A stretch of 64,000 bases of DNA from an uncultured bacterium (GCA_900313115.1 OMPX01000053.1:568-64567); one strand, 5' to 3'. Shown: positions 49,750 to 60,434, counted from the first letter of the stretch. Made by a program: numbers and translations. The notes: generated by a model not told the origin, from the sequence alone.

Positions 49750-50202
49750 ATGAAATTTGATACAGATTATATAGAAAAAATAGCAAAGATTATTGCAGAA
49801 AACGGTTTAACCGAAATTTCAATGGAAGATGGAGAACAAGCTATAACAATCAGAAAAGATTTGCCTGAAGTTATAGCAGCACCTTCAATGCCTATTGCAG
49901 CACCGATAGCTCAAACACCTGCTGCAACATCATCAGCTCCTGCTGAGGCAAAATCTGAAGAGAAAAAAGGTAATGCCATTGTTTCACCAATGGTCGGAAC
50001 TTTTTACAGCAAACCATCTCCTGATGCTGAGCCATTTGTAAAACTTGGTGATACAGTATCGGCAGGTGACGTTGTTTGTATTGTTGAAGCTATGAAGATG
50101 ATGAATGAAATCGAATCTGAATTTTCAGGTAAAATCGTTGAAATTTGCGTAGAAGACGGTCAGACAGTTGAATACGGTCAACCGATTATGTACGTAGAAT
50201 AA
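49750..50202 (+). CDS. accB: acetyl-CoA carboxylase biotin carboxyl carrier protein
   Basis: Ala/Pro linker and the biotinyl motif VEAMKMMNEIE. Confidence 0.97.
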   Translation: MKFDTDYIEKIAKIIAENGLTEISMEDGEQAITIRKDLPEVIAAPSMPIAAPIAQTPAATSSAPAEAKSEEKKGNAIVSPMVGTFYSKPSPDAEPFVKLGDTVSAGDVVCIVEAMKMMNEIESEFSGKIVEICVEDGQTVEYGQPIMYVE

Positions 50203-50208
50203 AGTATT

Positions 50209-50240
50209 AAAGGGCAGATGTGAATACGTCTGCCTTTTTT
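50209..50240 (+). terminator. intrinsic terminator/attenuator between accB and accC
   Basis: GGCAGATG / TGAATA / CGTCTGCC stem-loop followed by T6. Confidence 0.7.
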
Positions 50241-50268
50241 AATAAGCCGAAGTAAAAGGATATGGGAT

Positions 50269-51621
50269 ATGTTTAAAAAAGTTTTAATAGCAAATAGAGG
50301 TGAAATTGCAGTTAGAGTAATAAGAGCTTGCAGAGAATTAGGTATTCCTACCGTAGCGATTTATTCAACTGCTGATGCGGAATCTTTACACGTAAGATTA
50401 GCAACAGATTCATATTGTATCGGACCTGCTCCAAGCAGCGAAAGTTATTTGGATATCGGAAGAATCATGTCAGTTGCTAGTGTATCAGGCGCTGATGCAA
50501 TCCATCCGGGATATGGTTTCTTATCAGAACGTGCTGATTTTGCAGAAATTTGCGAAAAAAGCGGGGTGAAATTTATCGGACCAACATCTGATGCTATGAA
50601 AAAAATGGGAGATAAAGCAACTGCCCGTAAAACAATGATTGAAAACGATGTTCCTGTAACTCCCGGAACAGGTATTGTAAAAACAGCCGAAGAAGTTATG
50701 GCTTTTGGAAACAAGGTTGGCTATCCTATTATCCTTAAAGCGACTGCAGGCGGCGGCGGCAAGGGAATGAGAGTTTGTCGTTCTGACGAAGATGTAGAAT
50801 CTAATCTAAATCTTTGTCAACAAGAGGCTCAAAATTTCTTTGGAAATCCTGATGTTTACGCAGAAAAATTCTTGGAAAATCCAAGACATATTGAAGTACA
50901 AATTCTTGGCGACAGCTTTGGAAATGTTATTCACTTAGGTGAACGTGATTGTTCTATTCAAAGACGTCACCAAAAATTGTTAGAAGAAGCCCCTTCTCCT
51001 GCGATTGATGAAAAAACAAGACAAGAAATGGGAGCTGCAGCAGTTAGAGCTGCAAAAGCCATAAATTATGAAGGTGCAGGGACTTGCGAATTTTTACTTG
51101 ATCACGACGGAAAATGGTATTTCATGGAAATGAATACTCGTGTTCAAGTTGAACACTGTGTTACAGAAATGATTTCAAGAGTAGATATTGTTCGTGAACA
51201 GATAAGAGTTGCAGCAGGCGAAAAACTTAGCTACAGCCAAAACGACGTTAAACTAAGAGGACACGCAATTGAATGTCGTATCAATGCAGAAAACCCTGAA
51301 AAAGATTTCATGCCTTGTCCCGGAAAAATTGACGGATACTTTGCTCCGGGAGGATTTGGTATAAGAGTAGACTCTCATGTTTATCCGGGGTATTCTATTC
51401 CTCCATATTATGATTCTATGATTGGGAAATTGATTTGTTGGGGTGAAACCAGAAATGAAGCAAGACGCAGAATGTATCAAGCTTTGAAAGAATATGTCAT
51501 TACAGGTATTTGTACAACTATTCCGTTCCATCAAGGAATCATTGAAGACGAAGTATTTATCAGCGGCAAATTCAATACAGGCTTCATTGAAGATTACTAT
51601 AAGAGAATAGGAAAACAATAG
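50269..51621 (+). CDS. accC: acetyl-CoA carboxylase biotin carboxylase subunit
   Basis: MFKKVLIANRGEIAVRVIRAC, ATP-grasp GGGGKGMR, EMNTRVQVEH. Confidence 0.98.
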   Translation: MFKKVLIANRGEIAVRVIRACRELGIPTVAIYSTADAESLHVRLATDSYCIGPAPSSESYLDIGRIMSVASVSGADAIHPGYGFLSERADFAEICEKSGVKFIGPTSDAMKKMGDKATARKTMIENDVPVTPGTGIVKTAEEVMAFGNKVGYPIILKATAGGGGKGMRVCRSDEDVESNLNLCQQEAQNFFGNPDVYAEKFLENPRHIEVQILGDSFGNVIHLGERDCSIQRRHQKLLEEAPSPAIDEKTRQEMGAAAVRAAKAINYEGAGTCEFLLDHDGKWYFMEMNTRVQVEHCVTEMISRVDIVREQIRVAAGEKLSYSQNDVKLRGHAIECRINAENPEKDFMPCPGKIDGYFAPGGFGIRVDSHVYPGYSIPPYYDSMIGKLICWGETRNEARRRMYQALKEYVITGICTTIPFHQGIIEDEVFISGKFNTGFIEDYYKRIGKQ

Positions 51622-51629
51622 AACTTAAA

Positions 51630-52388
51630 ATGCCTAAATTTGAACAATATAGACATAAAGGAGCCGTTTTTCAGGTAAGCATACCACTTGAGTGGGATGA
51701 CTTTGATGATTATATTGAATTTGATGGGATAAAATTTTCCAAAATGGTTAATCTTATCGGTTTCTTTGAAGTGTTCGGAAGAAAAGACTACGAATTTGGC
51801 GGATTAAATGACTGCATATTTATTGATGTTGGAGCGAATGTTGCGGACTCAACTCTGTTTGCTGCAAAATTATCTAATGTAAAAAAAGTGTATGCTTATG
51901 AGCCTTTTCCTGAGGTTTATAAAGTTGCACTAAAAAATATTGAACTCAATCCCGAACTTAAAAATAAAATTCAACTATACCCAACTGCTTGGTACAGTAA
52001 AAACGGTAGAGTATCAACGGATGAGGTTAATGATATTAATGCATCGGCAATAAATACATTCCTTTCAGACTTTGCTCAACCGATAAAATCAGATAAATTA
52101 CACAGAGTACAAATTGAAACCAGACGTGCTTCAGAGATTCTAAAAGAAATTATTAATGAAAACAACGACTCTAATATCGTATTAAAAATGGATATTGAGG
52201 GCGCTGAATATGAATGTTTTAAAGATTTAGACAAATCAGGTTTATTAAAAAACATAAAGCAAATTTTTGTTGAATGGCATAACCTTGGCCACGAACAAAT
52301 AACTAAAATATTAGAGAAACACGGTTTTGTATGGATGAATGAAAATTTGGGCGCAAAAGTCGGATTTATAAGAGCAATAAAACCGTAA
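51630..52388 (+). CDS. FkbM-family methyltransferase
   Basis: SAM-binding FIDVGANVADSTLFAA and a C-terminal MDIEGAEYE motif. Confidence 0.75.
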   Translation: MPKFEQYRHKGAVFQVSIPLEWDDFDDYIEFDGIKFSKMVNLIGFFEVFGRKDYEFGGLNDCIFIDVGANVADSTLFAAKLSNVKKVYAYEPFPEVYKVALKNIELNPELKNKIQLYPTAWYSKNGRVSTDEVNDINASAINTFLSDFAQPIKSDKLHRVQIETRRASEILKEIINENNDSNIVLKMDIEGAEYECFKDLDKSGLLKNIKQIFVEWHNLGHEQITKILEKHGFVWMNENLGAKVGFIRAIKP

Positions 52389-52478
52389 CCTATTTGTAAC
52401 CATACGTTAAAAATCCCGTAAAAATGCTTTTTTTTAATGTTATTTTTTGATATGATTCTAATGAGAATTAGGGATATT

Positions 52479-53810
52479 ATGAAAGAGAGAATACTTTTAT
52501 TTACGATACTATCAGCATTATGGACTTTTATTTATGTCTTTCAATACCATGTGGATACAATTAGAGGCTTAATAATACTTTTGTGCTTTATGACATTGTA
52601 TGGGGTGTATAATTCACTGGCAATTTGGCATAATAAACGTAAATTAAGAAAGAATCCGATTGAGCCCGACACATCTTATCGCCCGTTTGTGTCAGTGATG
52701 ATTCCTGCGCACAATGAAGAATCTGTCATTGAGCACACTGTTAACAACATAAGAAATATGGCTTATCCTAATTTTGAAATAATATTAATTGATGACAGAA
52801 GTGAAGATAACACGTTAGGCGTAATAAAAAATTTAGCAGAAAAATATGATAATGTTAAGTATTTACACAGAGAAAAAGGTGCATTCCCCGGCAAATCAGC
52901 CGTACTAAATGATGCCTTAGCAATAGCCAAAGGAGATGCAATTTTAGTATTTGATGCAGATGCAACTGTTGAACCGGACTTTTTATCAAAGCTTATTCCT
53001 AATCTTGCACCTGAAGATGTTGGGGCTGTTCAGGCAAGGAAAGTTATAAGAGAAGCTGATACAAATATTCTTACAAAGTGTCAGAATAATGAATATACCC
53101 TAGATACATATCTTCAGGTGGGTAGAGATGCAATTAAAGGTGCAGTTGAACTTCGTGGTAACGGGGAATTGATAAAACGAAAAGCTCTTGAAGATATCGG
53201 GGGATGGAACAATTATACAATAACTGATGACCTTGATATGGCAACAAGACTTCATATCAAAGGATGGGACGTACGTTACTGCTTAGATGCAGTTGTAAAC
53301 GAAGAAGGTGTAAAATATATTGTACCGCTATTCAGACAACGCAGAAGATGGCTTGAAGGTACAATAAGAAGATACCTTGAATATTTCTTCCAAGCAGTAT
53401 TTTCAAAGAAAATGTCTTTAAGGGCAAAGCTTGATATGATTATATATATAACTCAGTTCATTATGCCATTATGGTTTTTATTTGAGTTATTAATAAGAGG
53501 ATTTAAAGTTCTCACTCATAAGCCGGGAATTGGTATACACAATGAACTTATGTCCTCAGTCATTATCTCATTTGCTGTTGCATTTGGTTTCTTTTTTGCA
53601 ATTAGATACAGCTTGAGACGATATGGTTTTATGAAAAGATGGGATGCCTTTGTTCAAGCAAGTTATACTGCAATATATATGCTTATAATTTGGTTTCCTA
53701 TGGTTTTATATATTTGTGCAAAAATCTTGTTTAGACCAAAAGACATGAATTGGGGTAAAACAACACACGGCTTAATCGTTGAAGAAGAACAGAGTATGGT
53801 TGTTCAATAA
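52479..53810 (+). CDS. family 2 glycosyltransferase, processive type (Q-x-x-R-W)
   Basis: VSVMIPAHNEE, DDRSED, FDADA, TDDLD and QRRRW motifs. N- and C-terminal TM helices. The ORF opens at 52437 and the start is uncertain. Confidence 0.85.
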   Translation: MKERILLFTILSALWTFIYVFQYHVDTIRGLIILLCFMTLYGVYNSLAIWHNKRKLRKNPIEPDTSYRPFVSVMIPAHNEESVIEHTVNNIRNMAYPNFEIILIDDRSEDNTLGVIKNLAEKYDNVKYLHREKGAFPGKSAVLNDALAIAKGDAILVFDADATVEPDFLSKLIPNLAPEDVGAVQARKVIREADTNILTKCQNNEYTLDTYLQVGRDAIKGAVELRGNGELIKRKALEDIGGWNNYTITDDLDMATRLHIKGWDVRYCLDAVVNEEGVKYIVPLFRQRRRWLEGTIRRYLEYFFQAVFSKKMSLRAKLDMIIYITQFIMPLWFLFELLIRGFKVLTHKPGIGIHNELMSSVIISFAVAFGFFFAIRYSLRRYGFMKRWDAFVQASYTAIYMLIIWFPMVLYICAKILFRPKDMNWGKTTHGLIVEEEQSMVVQ

Positions 53811-53843
53811 AAGTTTAGCAGATAATTTACATGAGGTTGAAAT

Positions 53844-54383
53844 ATGTTATTAGAAGAAGTTAGAAATACAATAAGACAAGTTCCAAATTTTCCAAAAGAG
53901 GGAATACAGTTTCTTGATATAACAACAGGGGTGAAAAATCCTGAAGCATTCAAAGAAATGATTGATTATTTGTATGAACAGTTTAAAGATAAAAAGATTG
54001 ATTACGTTGCAGGTATCGAATCAAGAGGTTTTGTTTTTGGTGCGCCTCTTGCGTTAAGACTTGGTGCAGGTTTTGTGATGATTAGAAAACCGAACAAACT
54101 TCCTGCAGAAACAATTAGTGAAACATACGAATTAGAATATGGAACAGATACCATCCATATGCACAAAGATGCCATTGAAGAAGGTTCAAACGTTGTAGTA
54201 ATAGATGATTTACTGGCAACAGGCGGTACAGCTTGCGCTGCTTGCAACCTTATTAAAAAAGCAGGCGGAAAAGTTGAAGCGGCTGCCTTTATTATAGAAT
54301 TAACACCTCTAAAGGGCGCTCAAAAAATCAAAGAAAAATCAGGTGTTGAAACTATTTCAATGTTAAAATATGACTTAGATTAA
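53844..54383 (+). CDS. apt: adenine phosphoribosyltransferase
   Basis: PRPP motif VVVIDDLLATGGT; 179 aa. Confidence 0.95.
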   Translation: MLLEEVRNTIRQVPNFPKEGIQFLDITTGVKNPEAFKEMIDYLYEQFKDKKIDYVAGIESRGFVFGAPLALRLGAGFVMIRKPNKLPAETISETYELEYGTDTIHMHKDAIEEGSNVVVIDDLLATGGTACAACNLIKKAGGKVEAAAFIIELTPLKGAQKIKEKSGVETISMLKYDLD

Positions 54384-54415
54384 GTTTTGAGATAATTATA
54401 CATAATTATCAAAAT

Positions 54416-55012
54416 TTATTTTGTATAATTAAAACCGTAAACATTGTTTCTGTATTTTACACCAATAAATGAGCCCTTGTCAGAAAATATATACATAGTA
54501 TCAGGAGCTTGAAGATACATTGCTCTGACAAGTTTTCCGTTGATTGCATATTTCTTTGTATAATAAGGGCATTCAGGATAACCGCCATATCTAAAATCTA
54601 TGAATTTAAGTCTGCCCATTGCATCATAATAGAAAGTTTTTTGCGGCGATTTTGTATATTGAAGTGCATACATATATACAAATTTAGATTTTCCTGCAAA
54701 AAACGGTTGTAAATCAACATCACGATATCTTGTATACCCTGCACAAACTGCCTCATAGTGCGCTTCATGATTTACGTCTTTAAGATAGTTTTTGAGTTTC
54801 TGCTTTAAGAATCCTCTTGGGAAATTGGTAACGTAACCTTTAGGAAACATTATCTTAAATATTTCCTGAACTCTGTCTTTTCTTTCAACATTTGATAAAT
54901 ACAACCAATCAAAACTACCGCCGACGTAGTCATAACTTTCTGCAAATACAGGTGTTATTGAGGTGATTATTACGCTTAAAAATACTATCCAACTAATAAA
55001 AATTTTCTTCAT
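54416..55012 (-). CDS. hypothetical secreted protein
   Basis: Signal peptide MKKIFISWIVFLSVIITSITPVFA. Tyr-rich mature part. No family recognised. Confidence 0.6.
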   Translation of the reverse strand: MKKIFISWIVFLSVIITSITPVFAESYDYVGGSFDWLYLSNVERKDRVQEIFKIMFPKGYVTNFPRGFLKQKLKNYLKDVNHEAHYEAVCAGYTRYRDVDLQPFFAGKSKFVYMYALQYTKSPQKTFYYDAMGRLKFIDFRYGGYPECPYYTKKYAINGKLVRAMYLQAPDTMYIFSDKGSFIGVKYRNNVYGFNYTK

Positions 55013-55056
55013 AAATAGATTATAACATGTATTTACATTTGTTGTATAATCTATTT

Positions 55057-56922
55057 ATGGGATATTTAGAAAACAAGTTTGACATAATTGTAGCGGGTGG
55101 CGGGCACGCAGGTTGTGAGGCTGCGATATCTGCAGCAAGATTGGGGGCAAAAGTTCTGCTATGTTCACTAAATTTGGACAATATTGCTTTAATGCCTTGT
55201 AACCCTGCTATTGGCGGTCCAGCTAAATCTACATTGGTTAGAGAAATTGATGCACTCGGCGGTGTTATGGGAGAAGCTGCCGATGCTACATACGTTCAAA
55301 TGAAGATGCTAAATTCTTCTAAAGGTCCTGCCGTTCGTGCTTTGCGTGCTCAATCTGATAAAAAAGAATATATGGCATATATGAGAAATGTCATAGAAAG
55401 TACGGATAACATATATCTAAAGCAGTGCTGTATAACGGATTTGCTCGTTAAAGACGAAAGGATTGTTGGGGCAGTCGATGAATATGGGAATGAATATACT
55501 GCGCCGGTTGTAATCTTAACAACAGGAACATCTTTAGACGGAAGAATTTTTATCGGGCTAAAATCCTACAGAGCAGGACGATTGGGAGAAATGCCCGCAA
55601 TCGGTTTGTCTGACTCTTTGAGGAATTTAGGTTTTACCGTAAAGAAATTAAAAACAGGTACACCGTGCCGTGTTGATAAGAGAACGGTTGATTATTCAAA
55701 AATGACAGTTCAACCGGGAGATGAAAAACTTCATTTTTATTCGTTCAAACCAAACAGACCAACAAGACCACAAGTTCCTTGTTATCTGACAAGAACAACC
55801 GAAGAAACGCATAGAATTATAAAAGAAAATCTTGACAAATCTCCAATGTATCAGGGATTAATACACGGAGTCGGACCAAGATATTGCCCTTCGATTGAGG
55901 ATAAAATTGTTCGTTTTGCTTCAAATCCTTCTCATCATATTTTTATTGAACCTGAAGGATTGGGTACGTATGAACTTTATATTCAGGGGTTTTCAACAAG
56001 CTTACCGGCTGATGTACAGGTAAAGATGGTTCGTTCTCTTCCGGGACTTGAAAAGGCGCATATAATTAAACCTGCTTATGCAGTGGAATATGATTATATT
56101 CCTGCAATTCAGACAACACATTCTTTGATGACAAAAAGAATAAAAGGGCTTTTCTGTGCAGGACAAATCAATGGTACGAGCGGATATGAAGAAGCCGCAG
56201 CTCAAGGACTATTGGCAGGTATAAATGCATACAATTATATAAATGGCTCAGAAATGCTTGAGTTATCAAGAAGTTCTTCGTATTTAGGCACACTTGTTGA
56301 TGATTTGGTTACAAAAGATATAGAAGAGCCATACAGAATGTTAACTTCTCGCTCAGAGTACAGATTGTTATTAAGACAGGATAATGCTGATGCAAGATTA
56401 ACAGAAATCGGTTATAAAGTCGGACTTGTTGATGATTTACAATATAATCGTTTTAGAGCAAAACAGGCAGAAATTAAAAGAGAAATAGAAATATTATCTG
56501 ACACAAAAGTATCTGCAACATCTGAAGTGAATAATATTTTGGCAAAATACGGTGAGCATATTGACAGAGGTATTCGTTTGGCGGAATTGTTAAAACGACC
56601 AAATATTGATTATAACGTGATAAAAGAACTCAATTATGAAACCGCTATAAGAGAATTATCTGATGATGTTACTGATGAAGTTGAAGTCTTAATAAAATAT
56701 GACGGATACTTAAAACGTCAGGAAATACAAGTTGAGCAGGCAAGCAAACTTGAAAAATATCACATCCCTGACAATATTGATTATTCAAAAATCGACCATA
56801 TATCAACCGAAACAAAGGAAAAATTAGAAAAAATCAGACCAAAAACATTAGCTCAAGCGGCAAGAATTGGCGGAGTAAAACCTGCTGATATATCAGTGTT
56901 GATGGTTATGCTAAAGGGGTAA
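55057..56922 (+). CDS. mnmG: tRNA uridine 5-carboxymethylaminomethyl modification enzyme
   Basis: FDIIVAGGGHAGCEAA FAD motif and full-length GidA similarity. The ORF opens at 55027, but ATG 55057 gives the canonical N-terminus. Confidence 0.97.
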   Translation: MGYLENKFDIIVAGGGHAGCEAAISAARLGAKVLLCSLNLDNIALMPCNPAIGGPAKSTLVREIDALGGVMGEAADATYVQMKMLNSSKGPAVRALRAQSDKKEYMAYMRNVIESTDNIYLKQCCITDLLVKDERIVGAVDEYGNEYTAPVVILTTGTSLDGRIFIGLKSYRAGRLGEMPAIGLSDSLRNLGFTVKKLKTGTPCRVDKRTVDYSKMTVQPGDEKLHFYSFKPNRPTRPQVPCYLTRTTEETHRIIKENLDKSPMYQGLIHGVGPRYCPSIEDKIVRFASNPSHHIFIEPEGLGTYELYIQGFSTSLPADVQVKMVRSLPGLEKAHIIKPAYAVEYDYIPAIQTTHSLMTKRIKGLFCAGQINGTSGYEEAAAQGLLAGINAYNYINGSEMLELSRSSSYLGTLVDDLVTKDIEEPYRMLTSRSEYRLLLRQDNADARLTEIGYKVGLVDDLQYNRFRAKQAEIKREIEILSDTKVSATSEVNNILAKYGEHIDRGIRLAELLKRPNIDYNVIKELNYETAIRELSDDVTDEVEVLIKYDGYLKRQEIQVEQASKLEKYHIPDNIDYSKIDHISTETKEKLEKIRPKTLAQAARIGGVKPADISVLMVMLKG

Positions 56923-56925
56923 ATA

Positions 56926-57876
56926 TTATTGATTAGTGTTTATTGCACTACATCTTACTTTATGGGTATCGGATATATTTACAAAATCAGGACAAGATAG
57001 TGTACACTTGTCTTCTGTGTGTGAACATCTTGATGCAAATTTGCAGCCTTGAGGAAGTTCAATCGGCAAATCGCCTTTCAGGATAGTTTCGGTCGTTTTT
57101 CCAAATTTTGGAATTGCATTTAATAATGCTTTTGTATATGGGTGGCTTGGATTGTTAAAGATTTCATCTGTTGTACCAATTTCCATAATTTCCCCTAAGT
57201 ACATAATAGCAACTCTGTCTGCCAGAAATTTTATTACACTCAAATCGTGTGAAATAAATATCATTGTAAGATTAAATTCGTGTTTAAGTTCATTTAACAT
57301 ATTAAGAATTTGCGCTTGAACACTTGCGTCAAGAGCGCTCACAGGTTCATCAGCAATGATTAGCTCAGGCTCTAAGATGAGAGCTCTTGCAATAGCAATT
57401 CTTTGCCTTTGTCCGCCTGAAAACTCGTGCGGGTATAATTCCAATTGCTTTTTATCAAGCCCGACTTTTTCAATGATATTTTCAACTTTTTTTGATATTT
57501 CTGATTTCTTTAGATTTGTGTTTATTTCTAAAGGTTCTGATAAAATTTGTTTTATTTTCATTTTTGGATTCAGGCTGGAGTATGGATTTTGAAATACCAT
57601 TTGTACCTTTTTACGATAATCTTTTAAATCAGTATTTTTGTAATCTTTTGTGTTGTTTCCCATATATAAAATGTTGCCTGATTTTATTGGAACCAGATTC
57701 ATTATAGCTTTTGCCAAAGTTGATTTTCCGCATCCCGATTCACCTGCTATGGCAAAAATTTCGCCCTTATTTAAATAAAAAGATACGCCGTTTACTGCTT
57801 TAACCGTTTTTGTACCGTTGATTTGAGCTGTTTTGTATTCAATTTTAAGATTATCTATTTCAAGCAAATTTGTCAT
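56926..57876 (-). CDS. oligopeptide/dipeptide ABC transporter ATP-binding protein (OppF/DppF type)
   Basis: Walker A GESGCGKST, signature FSGGQRQRIAIARA, Walker B IIADEP and the Cys-containing Opp C-terminal extension. No partner opp genes are adjacent. Confidence 0.9.
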   Translation of the reverse strand: MTNLLEIDNLKIEYKTAQINGTKTVKAVNGVSFYLNKGEIFAIAGESGCGKSTLAKAIMNLVPIKSGNILYMGNNTKDYKNTDLKDYRKKVQMVFQNPYSSLNPKMKIKQILSEPLEINTNLKKSEISKKVENIIEKVGLDKKQLELYPHEFSGGQRQRIAIARALILEPELIIADEPVSALDASVQAQILNMLNELKHEFNLTMIFISHDLSVIKFLADRVAIMYLGEIMEIGTTDEIFNNPSHPYTKALLNAIPKFGKTTETILKGDLPIELPQGCKFASRCSHTEDKCTLSCPDFVNISDTHKVRCSAINTNQ

Positions 57877-58012
57877 AATTCTATTTTATAACAATTTGTG
57901 CAAAAACAGCAATATACAAATGGACAAGTTTCTCATTTTGCCTAAACCATTTACTATAGACGAAAAGCATTGTAATAGTGTATAATTGTTTTGAGTTTGA
58001 AAGGAAAAAATT

Positions 58013-59749
58013 ATGAGAGAGTATGAATTAAATTTAAGCATGGAAGAGTTAGAAAAAAGAACTCATAAAGACTATTTGGTAACAAAAAAAATGTTGGCAG
58101 AAGATGCCCCTGAATACACAAGCCTTGCTGACGGCGACAAAGAAGCGCTTAAACATTTAGTTAAGGCTGCATACATTTTAGAAGGTATAAATAAAAAATT
58201 AGATAATGTTCACAATTTACCATTTGAAGAATTTCTCAATAAAGAAATCAAGAACGGAAATAAACAAGCAGAGCTTACAAAAATATTATATGATGCGCAA
58301 AAAGGCGTATGTGCGCTAGACAGAGAAACTAATATAATTGAACTTGCAAAAGGTGTACACGTAACTCCCGGAAAAGGTGTTTATCCTGAAGATTTGCGAA
58401 AAGAAGAGTTTCAACAAATCGTTTTAAAAATGCTTAAAGCAGGAAAAGTCGATGAAGTAAAAACTATACTAAACCAAAGATCAGTTGTTGAAAGAAATGG
58501 TGATGAACTTAAAGCAACTGATTATATTGATAAATATAAAGAAGAATTTTCAGCAATGGCTGATGAATTGGAAAAAGCATCAAAAGTTTCAACAAATAAA
58601 GATTTCAATGAATATTTGGAGCTTCAGGTCAAAGCTTTGAGAAAAGCTGATCCGATGTTGGATGCATACGCTGATAAAAAATGGGCAGAATTACAGGATA
58701 CACCGCTTGAGTTCACCATAACTAGAGAAAATTATTCTGATGAACTAACAGAAAGTGCCGTAGAAAATGAAGAATTAAAATCTTTGCTGGAGCAACACAA
58801 CATTACACCTGTCGGTAAAGATTTTTTAGGCGGCAGAGTCGGTATAATAAACAAAAAAGGCACTGAAGCATTACTAAAAGTAAAAGAATACTTACCACTT
58901 ATGGCAGAAAATATGCCGTATAAAAATGAATATGTACAAAACATTTCTCCTGACAAAGAGTCAAAACAAACAATGGTTGATGTTGATTTAGTAACCGTGT
59001 CAGGCGATGTCGGTGAATTTAGAGCAGGTATAACTTTAGCAGAAAATCTTCCAAACGATGACAAGCTATCTTTAACCATTGGTGGCGGGAGAAGAAATGT
59101 TTACCACAGACAAATTCGTTTAATAACAAGTGAAGATTCACGTAAAAAATTGCAAGAAAGATTAGATGCAATACTAAATCACGATCAGCACAAATATTAT
59201 AACGATGAAGCAGACCACTGGTTCACAATCGGGCATGAGAATGCGCATTCACTTGGTCCAAATTCCGGAACTGAAGCACTTGGAAAATATAAATCCATCA
59301 TTGAAGAAAATAAAGCTGATATAACTTCTTTAGCTATGCTTGATGTTTTAGAGCAGAACGGAATGTATACAAAAGAAGAAAAAGAACAAATTATTGTTAC
59401 CTATGCAGCAGATAATATGTTGAAATCAAAACCAACATTGAGCCAAGCACACAGAGTACGTTCCGTAATGCAAAACTACTACTTCTTAAAAGAGGGCGCA
59501 ATGGAAATCAGCGAAGATGGTGTCCTAACAGTACATATTGATAAGATGATTCCTACTGCACAAAAAATGCTCAAAGAAATTATCAGAATACAAATAGACG
59601 GAAATTTCGAAAATGGTGAAAAATATGTACTTGATAATTTCCAATGGACAAAAGAAATGGAAGTTATGGCAGAAAAAATTAAAAAAGTTTCTAAGTCCTT
59701 AAACGGTAAAGTTGAAGAACCTTTAGCCAAGAAACTTTTAGAAGAATAA
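58013..59749 (+). CDS. zinc metallopeptidase, DPP III (M49)-like with a pentapeptide HExxH motif
   Basis: HENAH followed about 27 aa later by EENKAD, resembling the two M49 zinc motifs (HExxGH / EExxAE). The assignment is tentative. Confidence 0.55.
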   Translation: MREYELNLSMEELEKRTHKDYLVTKKMLAEDAPEYTSLADGDKEALKHLVKAAYILEGINKKLDNVHNLPFEEFLNKEIKNGNKQAELTKILYDAQKGVCALDRETNIIELAKGVHVTPGKGVYPEDLRKEEFQQIVLKMLKAGKVDEVKTILNQRSVVERNGDELKATDYIDKYKEEFSAMADELEKASKVSTNKDFNEYLELQVKALRKADPMLDAYADKKWAELQDTPLEFTITRENYSDELTESAVENEELKSLLEQHNITPVGKDFLGGRVGIINKKGTEALLKVKEYLPLMAENMPYKNEYVQNISPDKESKQTMVDVDLVTVSGDVGEFRAGITLAENLPNDDKLSLTIGGGRRNVYHRQIRLITSEDSRKKLQERLDAILNHDQHKYYNDEADHWFTIGHENAHSLGPNSGTEALGKYKSIIEENKADITSLAMLDVLEQNGMYTKEEKEQIIVTYAADNMLKSKPTLSQAHRVRSVMQNYYFLKEGAMEISEDGVLTVHIDKMIPTAQKMLKEIIRIQIDGNFENGEKYVLDNFQWTKEMEVMAEKIKKVSKSLNGKVEEPLAKKLLEE

Positions 59750-59767
59750 CTTTTTTAAACCTGAAAA

Positions 59768-59808
59768 AGCACACACAGTAGTATTTAATACTGTGTGTGC
59801 TTTGTTTT
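59768..59808. terminator. bidirectional intrinsic terminator between the peptidase gene and recR
   Basis: 13-bp stem AGCACACACAGTA / TACTGTGTGTGCT, with an A-run before and TTGTTTTAT after. Confidence 0.85.
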
Positions 59809-59822
59809 ATTATTTTCTTATA

Positions 59823-60425
59823 CTATATTGATAATTCTCTTCTTCCTTCAATCGCTTTTGCAATTGTTACTTCATCTGCGTATTCTAAATCAGCACCGAC
59901 AGGAAGCCCAAAGGCAATTCTTGATATTTTTATACCAAACGGCTTTATTAATTTTGTTAAATAAAGACTTGTAGCTTCCCCCTCAACTGATGGAGATAAA
60001 GCTAAAATAATTTCCTGAACACTTTCATTAGTAAGTCGGGTTAACAACTCCTTTATACGAATATCATCAGCTCCAATTCCTTCCATTGGAGAAATCAAGC
60101 CTTGCAGTACATGATAAAGTCCGTTATATTCATTTGTTTTTTCAATAGCGATTAAATCTTTTGTCTCCGCAACAACACAAATGATTGATCTGTCACGTTT
60201 AGTCGATTGACAAATTTCACACGGACTTGTATTAGATAAATTAAAACATATCTCACAAGCACACGTTTGAGATTTTGCGTCAACAACAGCGTCAGCAAAC
60301 TTCTTTACCTCTTCAAGAGGCATTTTAAGTATCTGAAAAGCCATCCTCTGAGCCGATTTTGGTCCAACAGAGGGAAACTTTTGGAAATATTCAATAAGTG
60401 TTGCTATTGGTTTTGGATAAATCAT
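59823..60425 (-). CDS. recR: recombination protein RecR
   Basis: HhH N-terminus, C4 zinc finger (CEICFNLS...CEIC) and Toprim domain. Confidence 0.97.
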   Translation of the reverse strand: MIYPKPIATLIEYFQKFPSVGPKSAQRMAFQILKMPLEEVKKFADAVVDAKSQTCACEICFNLSNTSPCEICQSTKRDRSIICVVAETKDLIAIEKTNEYNGLYHVLQGLISPMEGIGADDIRIKELLTRLTNESVQEIILALSPSVEGEATSLYLTKLIKPFGIKISRIAFGLPVGADLEYADEVTIAKAIEGRRELSI

Positions 60426-60434
60426 TTTTATACC

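Noticed and set aside
54391-54410. GATAATTAT-AC-ATAATTATC palindrome after apt as a terminator
   Set aside because: The stem is all A/T, the loop is too short and there is no T-run. It is not a credible intrinsic terminator.
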